From: Candidatus Omnitrophota bacterium
GTDB taxonomy: Bacteria; Omnitrophota; Gorgyraeia; B26-G9
Length of the DNA: 64,000 nucleotides
Assembly (NCBI GenBank): GCA_043826565.1
Contig: JBDRPX010000028.1
Coordinates: 16,607 to 80,606 of the forward strand
Reading direction: 5' to 3'
A program made the translations under genes and the position numbers. This document shows, in pieces, positions 1 through 10,663 of this stretch. Each line of letters opens with the position of its first letter. The first letter of the stretch is position 1. The notes beneath the pieces are model-generated. The model saw only the letters and a program-made list of their open reading frames with translations. It had not been told where the DNA came from and did not search any database.

Positions 1-91
1 TTTGTATTTTATTAGGAAATACTAAGGATTAACGATTTTATACATGAGTGTATAATATTTTTTCTTATTGTGATAGATATGTCGATATTAT

Positions 92-1153
92 ATGAAAAAT
101 AAAAAAATTGTTTTTCTCATAAGTTTTTGTCTGCTTTTGTTAAACTGCTCTGTTGCGTTCGCAACTTCATCCCCAGGATATGCATCAATATCCGGGCATG
201 TAAGCGATAAGATTATGGAAACCCCTTTACAGGGTGTATATGTCTTAATAAAATGCGGTTCATTTAAATCTTCGGTGATTACGGATGCTTCCGGATATTA
301 TGAATTTCCTCAAGTTCCTATTGATAAAAAGAAAAATAAAGATCAGGATAAAGCGCAGATTATTGTGCTTGCAAAACAATACCGTCCGGAAATAAAAAAA
401 CTTAATTTAAAGCCTAATAAAAATTACACCGTTGACTTCGCGCTCAATACGTTATTTCAATACCCTATTCTTAAGGGGAAGATAATTGATAGTTCTACTT
501 CTGAAGGTATTGCCGGAGCTCTAATTACTGTAAAAAATCCAAAAGAGACTTATACGGCAATAACCAATACACTTGGTCATTATGTTCTGCGGATAATGAA
601 CCGGCGAAAAGGCAAGTATACAGTAGAAGCTAGTGCTGATGGGTATATATCCAGCGCACCTCAAGTCCTAACAACCCGTCCACGCCTTACCTATACTTTA
701 AATTTCTCCCTAGATAAGGTAATGCTGGGAATTAATGTATCTCCGGATTCTTGGAACATTGGGGAAATAGCTCCTGGGAACATAGCGACAATGTCTTCCG
801 GACAAGAAATAGTTGTCAGTAATATAGGTTGGGAGACAAATCAGACCTATAGTCTGATGGTGGTCAATCCTTCAGGATGGACTGTTTCTCAAACTAGTGT
901 CGGAAGTGACAAATATATTTTAAATGCTTCTTTTGCTGAGAATCCGCTAACTATAAATTGGAATGAAGCTAATCACGCACTTTCTACAGAAGCTCAGAAA
1001 GCAACAAATACTAAATTTGCCGCGGATCAGACCGGGGTTAATGTCGCGCCGAATGAAGAACGAACTCTTTGGCTGCAATTTAAAGCTCCGACATCGACAA
1101 CTATTACCCAACAGCAGGAAATTGAGGTAATTATAAATACACAAGCTCCTTGA
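92..1153 (+). CDS. Secreted protein with two carboxypeptidase-regulatory-like (CarbopepD_reg) beta-sandwich domains
   Basis: N-terminal signal peptide (MKNKKIVFLISFCLLLLNCSVAFA). Two segments with the G-V-x-D..G-x-x-V..DxxGxY pattern typical of CarbopepD_reg domains. Long clean ORF. Confidence 0.6.
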   Translation: MKNKKIVFLISFCLLLLNCSVAFATSSPGYASISGHVSDKIMETPLQGVYVLIKCGSFKSSVITDASGYYEFPQVPIDKKKNKDQDKAQIIVLAKQYRPEIKKLNLKPNKNYTVDFALNTLFQYPILKGKIIDSSTSEGIAGALITVKNPKETYTAITNTLGHYVLRIMNRRKGKYTVEASADGYISSAPQVLTTRPRLTYTLNFSLDKVMLGINVSPDSWNIGEIAPGNIATMSSGQEIVVSNIGWETNQTYSLMVVNPSGWTVSQTSVGSDKYILNASFAENPLTINWNEANHALSTEAQKATNTKFAADQTGVNVAPNEERTLWLQFKAPTSTTITQQQEIEVIINTQAP

Positions 1154-1233
1154 TTATAAGGAGCTTTTATATAGATCGGTATTTTATATTAATTGTTAAA
1201 CATGTGAAAAAGGAATGAAAGGAGGAACAAGAA

Positions 1234-1707
1234 ATGAAGAAAGGGTTAATTTTAGGATTAATTATAGTTTTGTTGTGCGCGGCCAACGCGATGGCGCAGA
1301 CAGCCCAAATAGCGGTTACGGTTACAATCACTCAGAGTATTTCCGTGTCGGTAACTCCGGGCAGCTATGCGTTTGGGGGAACTGATTCCGGGCAGACTTT
1401 GTCTACAGCAGCAGGCGCGTTTGTCGCGACAAACGATGGAAATGGCGCAGAAAATCTTGCGATAACAGTTGGTGACAGCGCGAATTGGACCGCAAGTACA
1501 GCAGCAGGCGCGGATGCATTCGCGATGAATGCTTATATTGGAGCTACTTGGGCTTTGATAGATCCGGCAAGCGGAGTAAGTTTAGATGCCGGGTTAGCAC
1601 CAGCAGGAACCCAGAGTTTTGGGTTACAGCTTTTAGTGCCGACTTCTACATCTAATGCCGGAGTTGAACAGACTATTCCGGTAACAGTTACAGCATCAGC
1701 AAGTTAA
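1234..1707 (+). CDS. Small secreted Ala/Thr/Gly-rich protein, possibly a pilin/SCPU-like beta-strand subunit
   Basis: RBS AGGAGGAAC 8 nt upstream. Signal peptide ending AMA|QTA. Alternating T/V/A beta-strand-like N-terminus. 157 aa. Confidence 0.5.
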   Translation: MKKGLILGLIIVLLCAANAMAQTAQIAVTVTITQSISVSVTPGSYAFGGTDSGQTLSTAAGAFVATNDGNGAENLAITVGDSANWTASTAAGADAFAMNAYIGATWALIDPASGVSLDAGLAPAGTQSFGLQLLVPTSTSNAGVEQTIPVTVTASAS

Positions 1708-1725
1708 ATTTAAACTGAAGTTTGC

Positions 1726-1770
1726 GGGAATAGGATAGAAAGTGCGAAATATGCTTTTTATCCTATTCCC
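1726..1770. terminator. Perfect 12-bp inverted repeat (GGGAATAGGATA...TATCCTATTCCC) with a long loop, downstream of the 1234..1707 gene
   Basis: Arms at 1726-1737 and 1759-1770 read directly from the sequence. The loop is 21 nt and the T-tract is weak, so this may be a terminator or an operator-like hairpin. Confidence 0.35.
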
Positions 1771-1803
1771 CAGTACCTTTTAGAAAAAGAAAGTATATTT
1801 ATA

Positions 1804-2247
1804 ATGAAATCATTTTGTTTACTAATTATATTTTTATTAGCGCCGGTTACCGTTTATGCCGGAGGATTATCCTCTAATTGGGGGGAAGTTATTGTAAATA
1901 ATTTAGAACCGGGTAATACCTATGATCTTAATGAGATTGCCGGGAGTACTTTTAAAATCACTAATAATTTTGATAAGGAAATAACCATAAAGCTGGAAGT
2001 TTTAAGGCCAATAGAAGAAGAATTAAAACCAGGGTATGAACCGATTGAAAATACTTCCTGGGTGCAAATAGAGGAAGAAGCAAAAATCAATGCCGGAGAA
2101 TATAAAGTTATTCCCATAAAAATATCTATTCCTGATGATAGCAAGTATTTGGGAAAGAAATATCATTTTTGGGTATGGACGTATACTTCCGGGCAGGCTG
2201 TAGGTGTAGGATTAAAAAGCAGGATATTGATTTCGATAATAGATTAG
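1804..2247 (+). CDS. Small secreted hypothetical protein
   Basis: Signal peptide MKSFCLLIIFLLAPVTVYA. 147 aa. No recognisable catalytic motif. Confidence 0.5.
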   Translation: MKSFCLLIIFLLAPVTVYAGGLSSNWGEVIVNNLEPGNTYDLNEIAGSTFKITNNFDKEITIKLEVLRPIEEELKPGYEPIENTSWVQIEEEAKINAGEYKVIPIKISIPDDSKYLGKKYHFWVWTYTSGQAVGVGLKSRILISIID

Positions 2248-2261
2248 ATATTTAAAATGTT

Positions 2262-5200
2262 ATGATAAGAAAATTAATTTCTACAATAATAGGCATAATC
2301 TTAATGTTCGGGGTAAGCAGTTCTGCTTTAGCCGGACTTTCGGAGACGATTCTGCTTACTGTAACTGTCACTGATAATGACCCGCCTCCGTTTGTGGAAA
2401 TACTTTCTCCAATAGAAGGACAGGCCTATTCCGGAAGTTTTGAGATCCGGGGTACAGCTACAGATGATAATTTTGACTATGCTCAGCAGTATCATGGCCG
2501 GGGCGCAGTGCCTACAGAGTGGCTTTTGGATGATACCTATGATGATCCGTTTGAAAACTTTGTCGTTGCGAATGCTGATATAAGTGAAACAATAAACGGT
2601 GTTTACTCTATAAAATTTTGGGCAATAGATACTGCCGGACATGAAGCAGAAGATATTGTGATTTTTTCAATTGAAAATCCCCTTGTCTTACATACTCCGG
2701 CATCTTCTGAAGAAATGATTTCACCAAATGCCGATGGAAACAAAGATACAGTTGTCTTTTCCGCATATACTAATGATCCCAGAGTCAATTGGGATATTTC
2801 TATAAAAAATGATAGCAATGTGGAAATAAGGCATATCAGCGGAAGCGGAGCAGTTATTAGGGAAATTCCTGATCCTGGTGATCCGGGTGATACGAATGAA
2901 GCGGCAGTTATCGAACAGGTTTGGGATGGAAAAAATAATTCCGGAGTTGTTGTGTTGGATGGAAATTACACCTTTGAAATAATGGCTAATTATAATGGCC
3001 AGACTGTTGGGCCGGTTGGCGGTCAGGTTGAAGTTGATACAGCTCCACCGATAGCGCAGATTATCTCTCCGCAGGATTATGATGTTATCTCCGGAACCAT
3101 TGAAATGATCGGAACAGCAACTGATGCAAATTTTGAAATATGTGAAGTATATCATGGGTTAGGGGATGCCCCCGCGGAATGGGAGTTATTAAATGAATCA
3201 TACACAATTCCCCAGATCAATGCTGTTTTATTGTCAGCAAATATAATGGAAACAGTTAATGGCCTGCATTCTTTGCGGATTGTGGTTAAAGATAAAGCGG
3301 GCAATGAATCCATAGATACTCTTATAGTGGAATTTCAGAATGAGTTTAGATTATCGGATGGTGATGTTTCGGAGGATTTATTTTCTCCTAACACGGATGG
3401 GAACAAAGATACAGTTACAATTTCCGCGCGAACTAATGAAGAAACAGCCGCATGGACAATTATTATAAAAGATTCTATTGGCGCGGAAGTTAAACAATTT
3501 TCCGGACAAGGTGCTCAGATAGAACAGATTTGGGATGGTAAGGATGATTTCGGAGTTGTTGTGCCGGATGGAGTTTATACTTATGAGATCAGGGCTGCTT
3601 ATAATAGCCAGACTTTGGGTCCGTTAACCGGAACAGTAGAAATAGATACAGTTTATCCTGCGGCGGTGATTAGTTATCCGCAGAATGATGATGTAGTGAC
3701 CGAAGGCCCGAGGGTTGATGTGATTGGAACAGCCACAGATGATAATTTTGTGAGGTGTACTGTTTATTCAGGGTATGGGAGTAATCCTGATGAATGGGGG
3801 TATCGAGATACTTATAATGAACAAAAATCAGCAGAAATTTTGGCTGTTTTCGGAGTGTATTCACCTTTAATTAATACTACTTATGGAGCAAAAATAAGTG
3901 TTTTAGATAGAGCCGGCAATGAATCTGTGGCAACAGTGGTTTTTGATGTAAATTTAGGTTTTTATATTACTAATCAAAATGCTTCTTCGGCATTTATTTC
4001 TCCGAATGCTGACGGAGCTAATGATACCACAACGATTACAGCGGATGTTGTGGGATATATTTATTCTAGTACCTGGTTAATTTCTATTAGAGATTCGATA
4101 AATCAGGAAGTAAAACAGTTTAGCGGTTCAGGAAATATTAATCAAATATGGGATGGTAAGGATGCGCAGGGACAAGTGGTTCCTGATGGAGAGTATACTT
4201 ACGTGATAACCGCTACTTTTGGAGAGCAGACTACAGATCCTGTACAGGGAACTATTACTAAAGACACAGGGACTCCTATTGCTTTGATTACTTCCCCGCA
4301 GGAAAATGAAATTATTGATGATGGGCATACTGACCTTATCGGTACAGTGGGTGATGAAAATTTAGCCCAATATTCAGTTTATTACGGTCAGGGAAATTCC
4401 CCAGCAGAGTGGCATTTAATAGGGGCAGAGACTCATCATAGACTGAATGATGAGCTGGTGGTTAATGGCTGGTATACACAAGGATTGGGAAATGGCGCAT
4501 ATACTGTGCGGCTATTAGTAGAAGATAAAGCGGGAAATAAAGCTATAGATGATGTTTTAGTTGAAGTTAATAACGGGTTTTATATAGAGAATTACAATGC
4601 AAATCCTGAAAATATCTCGCCTAATAATGATGGATTTAAGGATAGCACAGTAATTAATGCGACAGTTGTTGGATATGAAACTAACTGGACGATTGCTATT
4701 AAAGATATAGAGAACAATATTATCCGTCAAATAAATGGTTTTGGTTTTAGCATTAACTTTGTTTGGGATGGGAATAATGAATCAGGGGAGACGGTTCCTG
4801 ACGGTATTTATACGATAGAAATTACGGCTGCATATAATACTATTACTACCGATCCTGTGGGTAGTCAGATTCAGGTAGATGTTTCTCCGCCAATAGCTAT
4901 TATTGCATCTCCGCAGGAAAATGCTGTTGTTTCCGGTTATGTAGAGATTTCCGGAACAGCTGCTGATGAAAGTTTTAAACAATATTCTGTTTTTTATGGT
5001 GAAGGGGCTGCTCCTGCAGAATGGAGTCAATTGGCAGTGAATAGTTATATTAAAGTTGATGAGGTATTAGCGTACTGGGATACTCGAGATTTAAATAACG
5101 GCACATATTGCCTGAAATTAGTTGTGGAGGATAATCATAATCTTGAGACCGAACAGATTATTCAGGTTGAAGTTGATAATGGATTTTCTATAATCAACTT

Positions 5201-8200
5201 TTGGATGGATCCGGATTATATTTCACCGAACGGAGATAATTTTAGAGATACAACTTCATTTCATGCGCAAATAATCGGGTATGCTGCGGATTGGGCAATT
5301 AGTATTAAAAATTCTGAGAATATGGAAGTTAGACGGCTTAGTGGACAAGGCTATTCAGTGAATGTTTCCTGGGATGGTAAAAATGAGTCAGGCATAGTAG
5401 TCCCGGATGGTGATTATACCTGGGAGCTTACTGCTGTATATAATACTCATACAGCAGATCCGATAAACGGGACCATAAAAATTGATGCTGCTTTTCCGAT
5501 AGCAGAAATAATTTCGCCTTTGCAAGATGAAGCAATTTCCGGAGAGGTTGATATTATGGGAACTGCTAATGATGCGAATTTTCATAGTTTTTCTCTTCAT
5601 TATGGCAAAGGAACAGATCCTCAGACTTGGGTATCTCTTTGTACGTCGCAGGATCCTGTGACTAATGGCATGTTGAATACATGGAATACTAATAATCTTG
5701 TAAATGGCATTTATACCTTGAGACTTGGAGTATGGGATGAGATAGGAAATAGTGTTTTTGATTTTGTACCGGTATTTTTGGCGAATGACCTTATTTTTGA
5801 AGATGTTAATATTACCCGTGATAGGATTTCTCCAAATGATGATGGTTTGAATGACAATACAATAATCACCGCTTGGACTAATGAAGCGGAAGCAGTCTGG
5901 ACGATTTCCATAAAAGATTCTACAGAGACAGTAGTGCGTGAGTTTACTGGTCAGGGATCTGATATAGAACAGGTATGGGATGGAAAGAACGAAGGGGGTG
6001 TTGTAGTAGACGGGGAATATAGCTGCGAGATAAGTGCAGAGTATAACAGCCAGACTGTTAGCGTGATTGCGGGAACTGTTATTGTGGATATTACTCCGCC
6101 GACAGCAATAATAACCTCGCCTGTTGAGAATGATAATGTTGCCGGGATTGTTACAATAACCGGGCAAGCTAATGATATTCATCTAAGTTCAAGAACACTT
6201 TATTACGGGCAAGGAGCTGGTCCAACAGAATGGATACAGCTATCTAATGTGGATTGGAATGAAGATGGTTTTAGCGCAACATGGGATACTTCTGGTCTGA
6301 CTAATGGGGTTTGTGTGTTACGTTTGGTAGTTAATGACAATTTTTCTCAGCAGACTATTAATTATGTTTCAGTTAATGTGCAAAATCCGTTAGTGTTGAT
6401 TTCTCCGAGTGTTGATTTTGAATATATAACTCCTAATGGTGATGGTATTCAAGATAATGTGACAATTACCGCTGTGGTAAATGAGCCACAAGCTAACTGG
6501 ACGATTTCCATAAAAGATTCTACAGAGACAGTAGTGCGTGAGTTTACTGGTCAGGGATCTGATATAGAACAGGTATGGGATGGAAAAGATGAGTTTGGTG
6601 TAGTTGTTCCGGACGGTGAATATACATATGAAGTAACTGCCGAATATGATACCCAGACAGCTGGGCCGGTTAGCGGGACAGTTATTGTGGATAATACTCT
6701 ACCTATAGCTGAAATAATATCTCCGCAGGAAAATGGAACGATTATGTGGTTTATGTCTATTATCGGAACAGCTAAAGATGATAATATCGCGGATTATTCT
6801 ATAAGTTATGGAAGAGGGGATGCTCCGGATACCTGGAGTACTTCTAGCCTTACCTTAAAGAGTCCAAGAAATATTTCCCGGGAAAATATTGAATTAGCTA
6901 CATGGAATACATCGGATAATTTTAATGATAGATATACGATAAAGCTTTCCGTTATTGATTTAGCCGGAAATACATCTACGGCTGAGGTTAGAGTAGATTT
7001 AGCTACCGGATTATGGATTCAAGATGCAGCGAGTAGTTTGAATTATATGTCTCCGAATGGAGATGGCGTTAAAGACACAGCAGCTATTAGCGGACGTCTA
7101 AATGAAGAATTCGCAAATTGGAAAGTTGAAATAAAGACTTCCTGGGGGGCGGTGATTCGCCAGTTTAGCGGACTGGGGTATAATATATCACAAGTTTGGG
7201 ATGGTAAAGACGAAACCGGAACTGTGGTAGATGACGGTGCGTATATATGGGAAATCAACGCAGAATATAATGGGCAAACCGCTTCTCCGGAAAGCGGTTG
7301 GATTACAGTTGATCTTAATCTGCCAACTGTTTCCATAACGACTCCTGGGGAAAATGATATTGTAAGCGGAAGTGTGAAAATAATTGGCACAGCAACAGAT
7401 GCGAATTTTTACTATTATAAATTTTCTTATGGAGTAGGTGCTGATCCTGTTGCTTGGAACAACTCTAATAATATAAGTACTCCTGTAGAAGATGGTGTTT
7501 TGGCTACTTGGTCTACTGGTAATCTAATCAATGGTATATATTCCTTAAGAATCATGGCCTGGGATCGCTTATTGCAGGTATCTTCAGATACGATTTTGGT
7601 TACCGTGGCTAATGAACTAACTTTACAGAATAGTTCTGTTTCTTTAGATGTAATATCTCCAAATGAAGATGGACAAAATGATAGTACAATAATAACAGCT
7701 TGGACAAATGAAGAATTAGCTACCTGGGCTATTTCCATAAAGAATTCCACAGATGGAGTAGCGCGTGAGTTTACCGGTCAGGGGTCTGATATAGAGCAGG
7801 CCTGGGACGGTAAAAATGAAACGGAAACAGTGGTTGCTGACGGTGAATACACTTATGAGGTTAGTGTTGAATATAATAGTCAGACAGTTGGCCCGATAGG
7901 CGGTACGATTATTGTAGATTCAACTGCACCTATTGCTTTAATTAGTTTACCTGGAGAAAATGATATTGTTAGCGGGAATGTGGATATTATTGGTATTGCT
8001 GCTGATCCTAATATGCATAAATATTATATTCATTATGGAAAAGGAACTGCGCCGACTGAGTGGACAAACATTAAAGAGAGTACGCAAACAGTAGATAACG
8101 CAGTTTTATTTACCTGGGATACGTTGAATAGAACTAATGGAATATATACATTAAGACTTCTGGTTCGTGATATTGTTAATAATGAATCTATGGATACTGT

Positions 8201-9758
8201 AAGTATTATTTTGAATAATGAACTGATATTAGATAATCTTACCATTTCCTTGGAGGTAATTTCTCCGAACGCAGATGGAAATAATGATAGCACAACAATT
8301 ACAGCTTGGACAAATGAAGAGTTAGCTAACTGGACGATTTCCATAAAAGATTCAGCAAGTACAATTGTACGTCAGTTTACCGGCCAGGGTTCTGATATAG
8401 AGCAAGTCTGGGATGGTAAAAATGAAACGGAAACAGTGGTTGCTGACGGAGAGTATACTTATGAGGTTAGTGCTGAATATAATAGTCAGACAGCGGGCCC
8501 GATAGGCGGTACGATTATTGTAGATTCAACTGTTCCGATTGCTGTGATTAGCTCTCCTGGGGAAAATGAAACTGTTTGGGGGGATATTTCTGTAATTGGA
8601 ACTGCTAATGATGCGAATTTGTTGTGGTACAGAGTATATTATGGAGAGGGGGAAAATCCCCAGACATGGTATCAGCTTATAAGTTCAAGTAACAGTGTTG
8701 TAAGCGGCCAATTGACAAGTTGGGATACTCTAACATTCCCCAACGGTATTTATACTTTAAAGTTACTTGTAAGAGATACTGTAAGTAATATATCGGAATA
8801 CTATACTAAGGTTAATCTGGAAAATATGGAAATTAAGAATGTGTCTGCTTCCCAGCAGTTTATTAATCCTGCGCATTCAGAGATTAGCACAATAGACTTT
8901 ATTTTGGATCGGGATGCGCAAGTAGCAGTAAAGATGTATCACGTATACATTAGATTTAATTCACTTGAAGGTACATATACGAGGAGTTATGTGGATACTG
9001 TAGCAACAGTTTTTGGTCAAGCCGGGGGTAACAGCTGTGTTTGGGACGGCCGGGATTCCGGAGGGGACCTGATGTCTTATGGAGCTTATGTTTATGAATT
9101 GGAAGCACTTGCTCCTGATGGGCGAAATGGGTTTTACGGCCCTGATTATGTGCGTGGTTTTGTGGATGTGACTAATATGACGGTAAATGCTAATGCGAAT
9201 CCGTATTATTGTGAGCGTTATAAAATCGATTATGATATTTCCCAGCCGGCTTTTGTAGTGATTGCTTTTAAAAATTTAGTAGGAGCTGTTTTGTGGGGAG
9301 AGCCAAGGTCAGCGGGAGGTCATTATGAATACTGGGATGGACGTAATCCTTTTACCGGTAAGATAGTGAATAATCAAACGACAACGCTAAGCGGGTTTGC
9401 CTGGACTTTGCCGGATAATTGTATTGTTGTTTATGATGACACATTGGAAATAACTGAATTATCCAGTGGAAGCTTTTTGATTCAACCGGGGTATAGCCAG
9501 GTTAGTAGTATAGGATATGCGATTAATGAAGATGCGGAAATTACAATTAAGTTATCTGATCCTAATGGTAATTATTGTAAAACACTTATAGATAATTCAC
9601 TTGTCAGCGCCGGGGCTTATCAAGTAGAATGGGATGGAATGAATGATGATGGAGAGCTTGTCTCAATAGAAGGGGATTATATCATTGAAGTTACCGCGTC
9701 TACTCCCGGAGGAGAAACTACGGTTATTAGAAGAGGCAATATAAAAGTCTATAAATGA
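2262..9758 (+). CDS. Giant modular cell-surface adhesin (2498 aa) built of tandem Ig-like plus FlgD-Ig-like modules
   Basis: Signal peptide. About 12 tandem ~200-aa modules. Each pairs a 'PIAxIxSPxxNxxVxGxVxIxGTAxDxNF..YYGxG..PxEW..WDTxxLxNGxYTLRL' domain with a FlgD-Ig-like 'ISPNxDGxNDxxxI..W(T/A)IxIKDS..FxGQGxxIEQVWDGKxExGxVVxDGEYTYE' domain. The C-terminal ~400 aa hold two more FlgD-Ig-like 'WDGRD/WDGMNDDGELV' units. Confidence 0.85.
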   Translation: MIRKLISTIIGIILMFGVSSSALAGLSETILLTVTVTDNDPPPFVEILSPIEGQAYSGSFEIRGTATDDNFDYAQQYHGRGAVPTEWLLDDTYDDPFENFVVANADISETINGVYSIKFWAIDTAGHEAEDIVIFSIENPLVLHTPASSEEMISPNADGNKDTVVFSAYTNDPRVNWDISIKNDSNVEIRHISGSGAVIREIPDPGDPGDTNEAAVIEQVWDGKNNSGVVVLDGNYTFEIMANYNGQTVGPVGGQVEVDTAPPIAQIISPQDYDVISGTIEMIGTATDANFEICEVYHGLGDAPAEWELLNESYTIPQINAVLLSANIMETVNGLHSLRIVVKDKAGNESIDTLIVEFQNEFRLSDGDVSEDLFSPNTDGNKDTVTISARTNEETAAWTIIIKDSIGAEVKQFSGQGAQIEQIWDGKDDFGVVVPDGVYTYEIRAAYNSQTLGPLTGTVEIDTVYPAAVISYPQNDDVVTEGPRVDVIGTATDDNFVRCTVYSGYGSNPDEWGYRDTYNEQKSAEILAVFGVYSPLINTTYGAKISVLDRAGNESVATVVFDVNLGFYITNQNASSAFISPNADGANDTTTITADVVGYIYSSTWLISIRDSINQEVKQFSGSGNINQIWDGKDAQGQVVPDGEYTYVITATFGEQTTDPVQGTITKDTGTPIALITSPQENEIIDDGHTDLIGTVGDENLAQYSVYYGQGNSPAEWHLIGAETHHRLNDELVVNGWYTQGLGNGAYTVRLLVEDKAGNKAIDDVLVEVNNGFYIENYNANPENISPNNDGFKDSTVINATVVGYETNWTIAIKDIENNIIRQINGFGFSINFVWDGNNESGETVPDGIYTIEITAAYNTITTDPVGSQIQVDVSPPIAIIASPQENAVVSGYVEISGTAADESFKQYSVFYGEGAAPAEWSQLAVNSYIKVDEVLAYWDTRDLNNGTYCLKLVVEDNHNLETEQIIQVEVDNGFSIINFWMDPDYISPNGDNFRDTTSFHAQIIGYAADWAISIKNSENMEVRRLSGQGYSVNVSWDGKNESGIVVPDGDYTWELTAVYNTHTADPINGTIKIDAAFPIAEIISPLQDEAISGEVDIMGTANDANFHSFSLHYGKGTDPQTWVSLCTSQDPVTNGMLNTWNTNNLVNGIYTLRLGVWDEIGNSVFDFVPVFLANDLIFEDVNITRDRISPNDDGLNDNTIITAWTNEAEAVWTISIKDSTETVVREFTGQGSDIEQVWDGKNEGGVVVDGEYSCEISAEYNSQTVSVIAGTVIVDITPPTAIITSPVENDNVAGIVTITGQANDIHLSSRTLYYGQGAGPTEWIQLSNVDWNEDGFSATWDTSGLTNGVCVLRLVVNDNFSQQTINYVSVNVQNPLVLISPSVDFEYITPNGDGIQDNVTITAVVNEPQANWTISIKDSTETVVREFTGQGSDIEQVWDGKDEFGVVVPDGEYTYEVTAEYDTQTAGPVSGTVIVDNTLPIAEIISPQENGTIMWFMSIIGTAKDDNIADYSISYGRGDAPDTWSTSSLTLKSPRNISRENIELATWNTSDNFNDRYTIKLSVIDLAGNTSTAEVRVDLATGLWIQDAASSLNYMSPNGDGVKDTAAISGRLNEEFANWKVEIKTSWGAVIRQFSGLGYNISQVWDGKDETGTVVDDGAYIWEINAEYNGQTASPESGWITVDLNLPTVSITTPGENDIVSGSVKIIGTATDANFYYYKFSYGVGADPVAWNNSNNISTPVEDGVLATWSTGNLINGIYSLRIMAWDRLLQVSSDTILVTVANELTLQNSSVSLDVISPNEDGQNDSTIITAWTNEELATWAISIKNSTDGVAREFTGQGSDIEQAWDGKNETETVVADGEYTYEVSVEYNSQTVGPIGGTIIVDSTAPIALISLPGENDIVSGNVDIIGIAADPNMHKYYIHYGKGTAPTEWTNIKESTQTVDNAVLFTWDTLNRTNGIYTLRLLVRDIVNNESMDTVSIILNNELILDNLTISLEVISPNADGNNDSTTITAWTNEELANWTISIKDSASTIVRQFTGQGSDIEQVWDGKNETETVVADGEYTYEVSAEYNSQTAGPIGGTIIVDSTVPIAVISSPGENETVWGDISVIGTANDANLLWYRVYYGEGENPQTWYQLISSSNSVVSGQLTSWDTLTFPNGIYTLKLLVRDTVSNISEYYTKVNLENMEIKNVSASQQFINPAHSEISTIDFILDRDAQVAVKMYHVYIRFNSLEGTYTRSYVDTVATVFGQAGGNSCVWDGRDSGGDLMSYGAYVYELEALAPDGRNGFYGPDYVRGFVDVTNMTVNANANPYYCERYKIDYDISQPAFVVIAFKNLVGAVLWGEPRSAGGHYEYWDGRNPFTGKIVNNQTTTLSGFAWTLPDNCIVVYDDTLEITELSSGSFLIQPGYSQVSSIGYAINEDAEITIKLSDPNGNYCKTLIDNSLVSAGAYQVEWDGMNDDGELVSIEGDYIIEVTASTPGGETTVIRRGNIKVYK
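5897..5986 (+). repeat. Intragenic 90-bp exact direct repeat, copy 1; copy 2 lies exactly 600 bp downstream
   Basis: The 90 nt 'ctggacgatttccataaaagattctacagagacagtagtgcgtgagtttactggtcagggatctgatatagaacaggtatgggatggaaa' is identical at 5897-5986 and 6497-6586. Confidence 0.8.
6497..6586 (+). repeat. Intragenic 90-bp exact direct repeat, copy 2
   Basis: Identical to 5897-5986. A second near-identical pair of about 115 bp lies at about 7810-7925 and about 8413-8528, offset 603 bp. Confidence 0.8.
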
Positions 9759-10624
9759 GAAAATATATTATATCTTTAATGTTATTAATATTTATATGCT
9801 TAACGGCAGTTTTTTGTCAGGGACAGGGAATGATTAAAGGCAAAATTGCTTATTCGGGGTTTACCGACGGATATTGGCAGATTTGGGTTATGGATTGCGC
9901 GGCAAAGTCTGCAGTTCAGCTGACCTCATCAAAGGTTGATAAAAAGACCCCGGTTTGGTCTCCGGAAGGAAAGAGAATTATTTATCGTACCAGCAACGGT
10001 GAATTTTTTCTGATTGATGTCGAAAGTAAAGAAGAAAAAAGAATATTTTCTAAGTTGGGATATCTGGTTGATCCATCATGGATTAGCTTAGAACGGATTC
10101 TTTTCGCGCGCTATCGTAGTGACTTAAAAGATGACAGTGATATTTGGAGCGCTGATCTTAATGGAGCCGGCGTAAAAGTAATAAATGAGGATTTGGGATT
10201 GCAGTACTTTCCGGCGATTTCTCCGGATGGGGAAAAAATAGTATATGTTTCCGGGAAAAAAGCGCATGAACATGATATTTGGGTTATGAATAAAAACGGG
10301 CAGGATAAAGTTCTGCTTGTTCAAAAATACGGCTATGACATTTGTCCGCGCTGGTCTCCTGACGGAAAGAGTATTGTGTTTGTTTCCGACCGTACGGGAA
10401 GCTATGAGATTTGGATAATGAATGCGGACGGAAGTAATCAAACGCAGTTTACCCGTACCAAAGGGTATAATAATAATCCGGCTTGGTCTCCTGACGGAGA
10501 AAGAATAGTATTTGTATCCAATGCCGGCGGGGATTTGCAGTTATGGGTAATGGATAAAGATGGCAATAATGCGGTACAGATAACAAGAGGCGCGGAATGC
10601 GTAGATCCGGCGTGGTGTTTGTAG
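9755..10624 (+). CDS. TolB-like periplasmic beta-propeller protein (PD40/WD40-like repeats)
   Basis: Signal peptide. Repeated 'P.WSPDG..I.FVS' PD40 motifs (PVWSPEGKRIIY, PAISPDGEKIVYVS, PRWSPDGKSIVFVSDRTG, PAWSPDGERIVFVS). ATGA overlap with the adhesin stop. Confidence 0.75.
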   Translation: MRKYIISLMLLIFICLTAVFCQGQGMIKGKIAYSGFTDGYWQIWVMDCAAKSAVQLTSSKVDKKTPVWSPEGKRIIYRTSNGEFFLIDVESKEEKRIFSKLGYLVDPSWISLERILFARYRSDLKDDSDIWSADLNGAGVKVINEDLGLQYFPAISPDGEKIVYVSGKKAHEHDIWVMNKNGQDKVLLVQKYGYDICPRWSPDGKSIVFVSDRTGSYEIWIMNADGSNQTQFTRTKGYNNNPAWSPDGERIVFVSNAGGDLQLWVMDKDGNNAVQITRGAECVDPAWCL

Positions 10625-10663
10625 GGACAATCTGGAAGAGGTGAGAGTATTAACACAAATAAT

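Noticed and set aside
2328-8344. Numerous 60-260-aa ORFs on the minus strand inside the adhesin gene (e.g. 2721..3155, 5388..6182, 7043..7390, 8033..8344)
   Set aside because: They lie antisense to a 7.5-kb ORF with clear modular protein architecture. They are low-complexity (I/N/S/R-rich) shadow ORFs typical of AT-rich repeats, with no RBS or domain signal.
5897-8528. Possibility that the exact 90-bp repeats in the adhesin are a CRISPR array or an insertion sequence
   Set aside because: The repeats are in-frame and spaced exactly one protein module (600 bp) apart. They encode conserved module residues (WTISIKDSTETVVREFTGQGSDIEQVWDGK). No short uniform spacers or cas genes are present.
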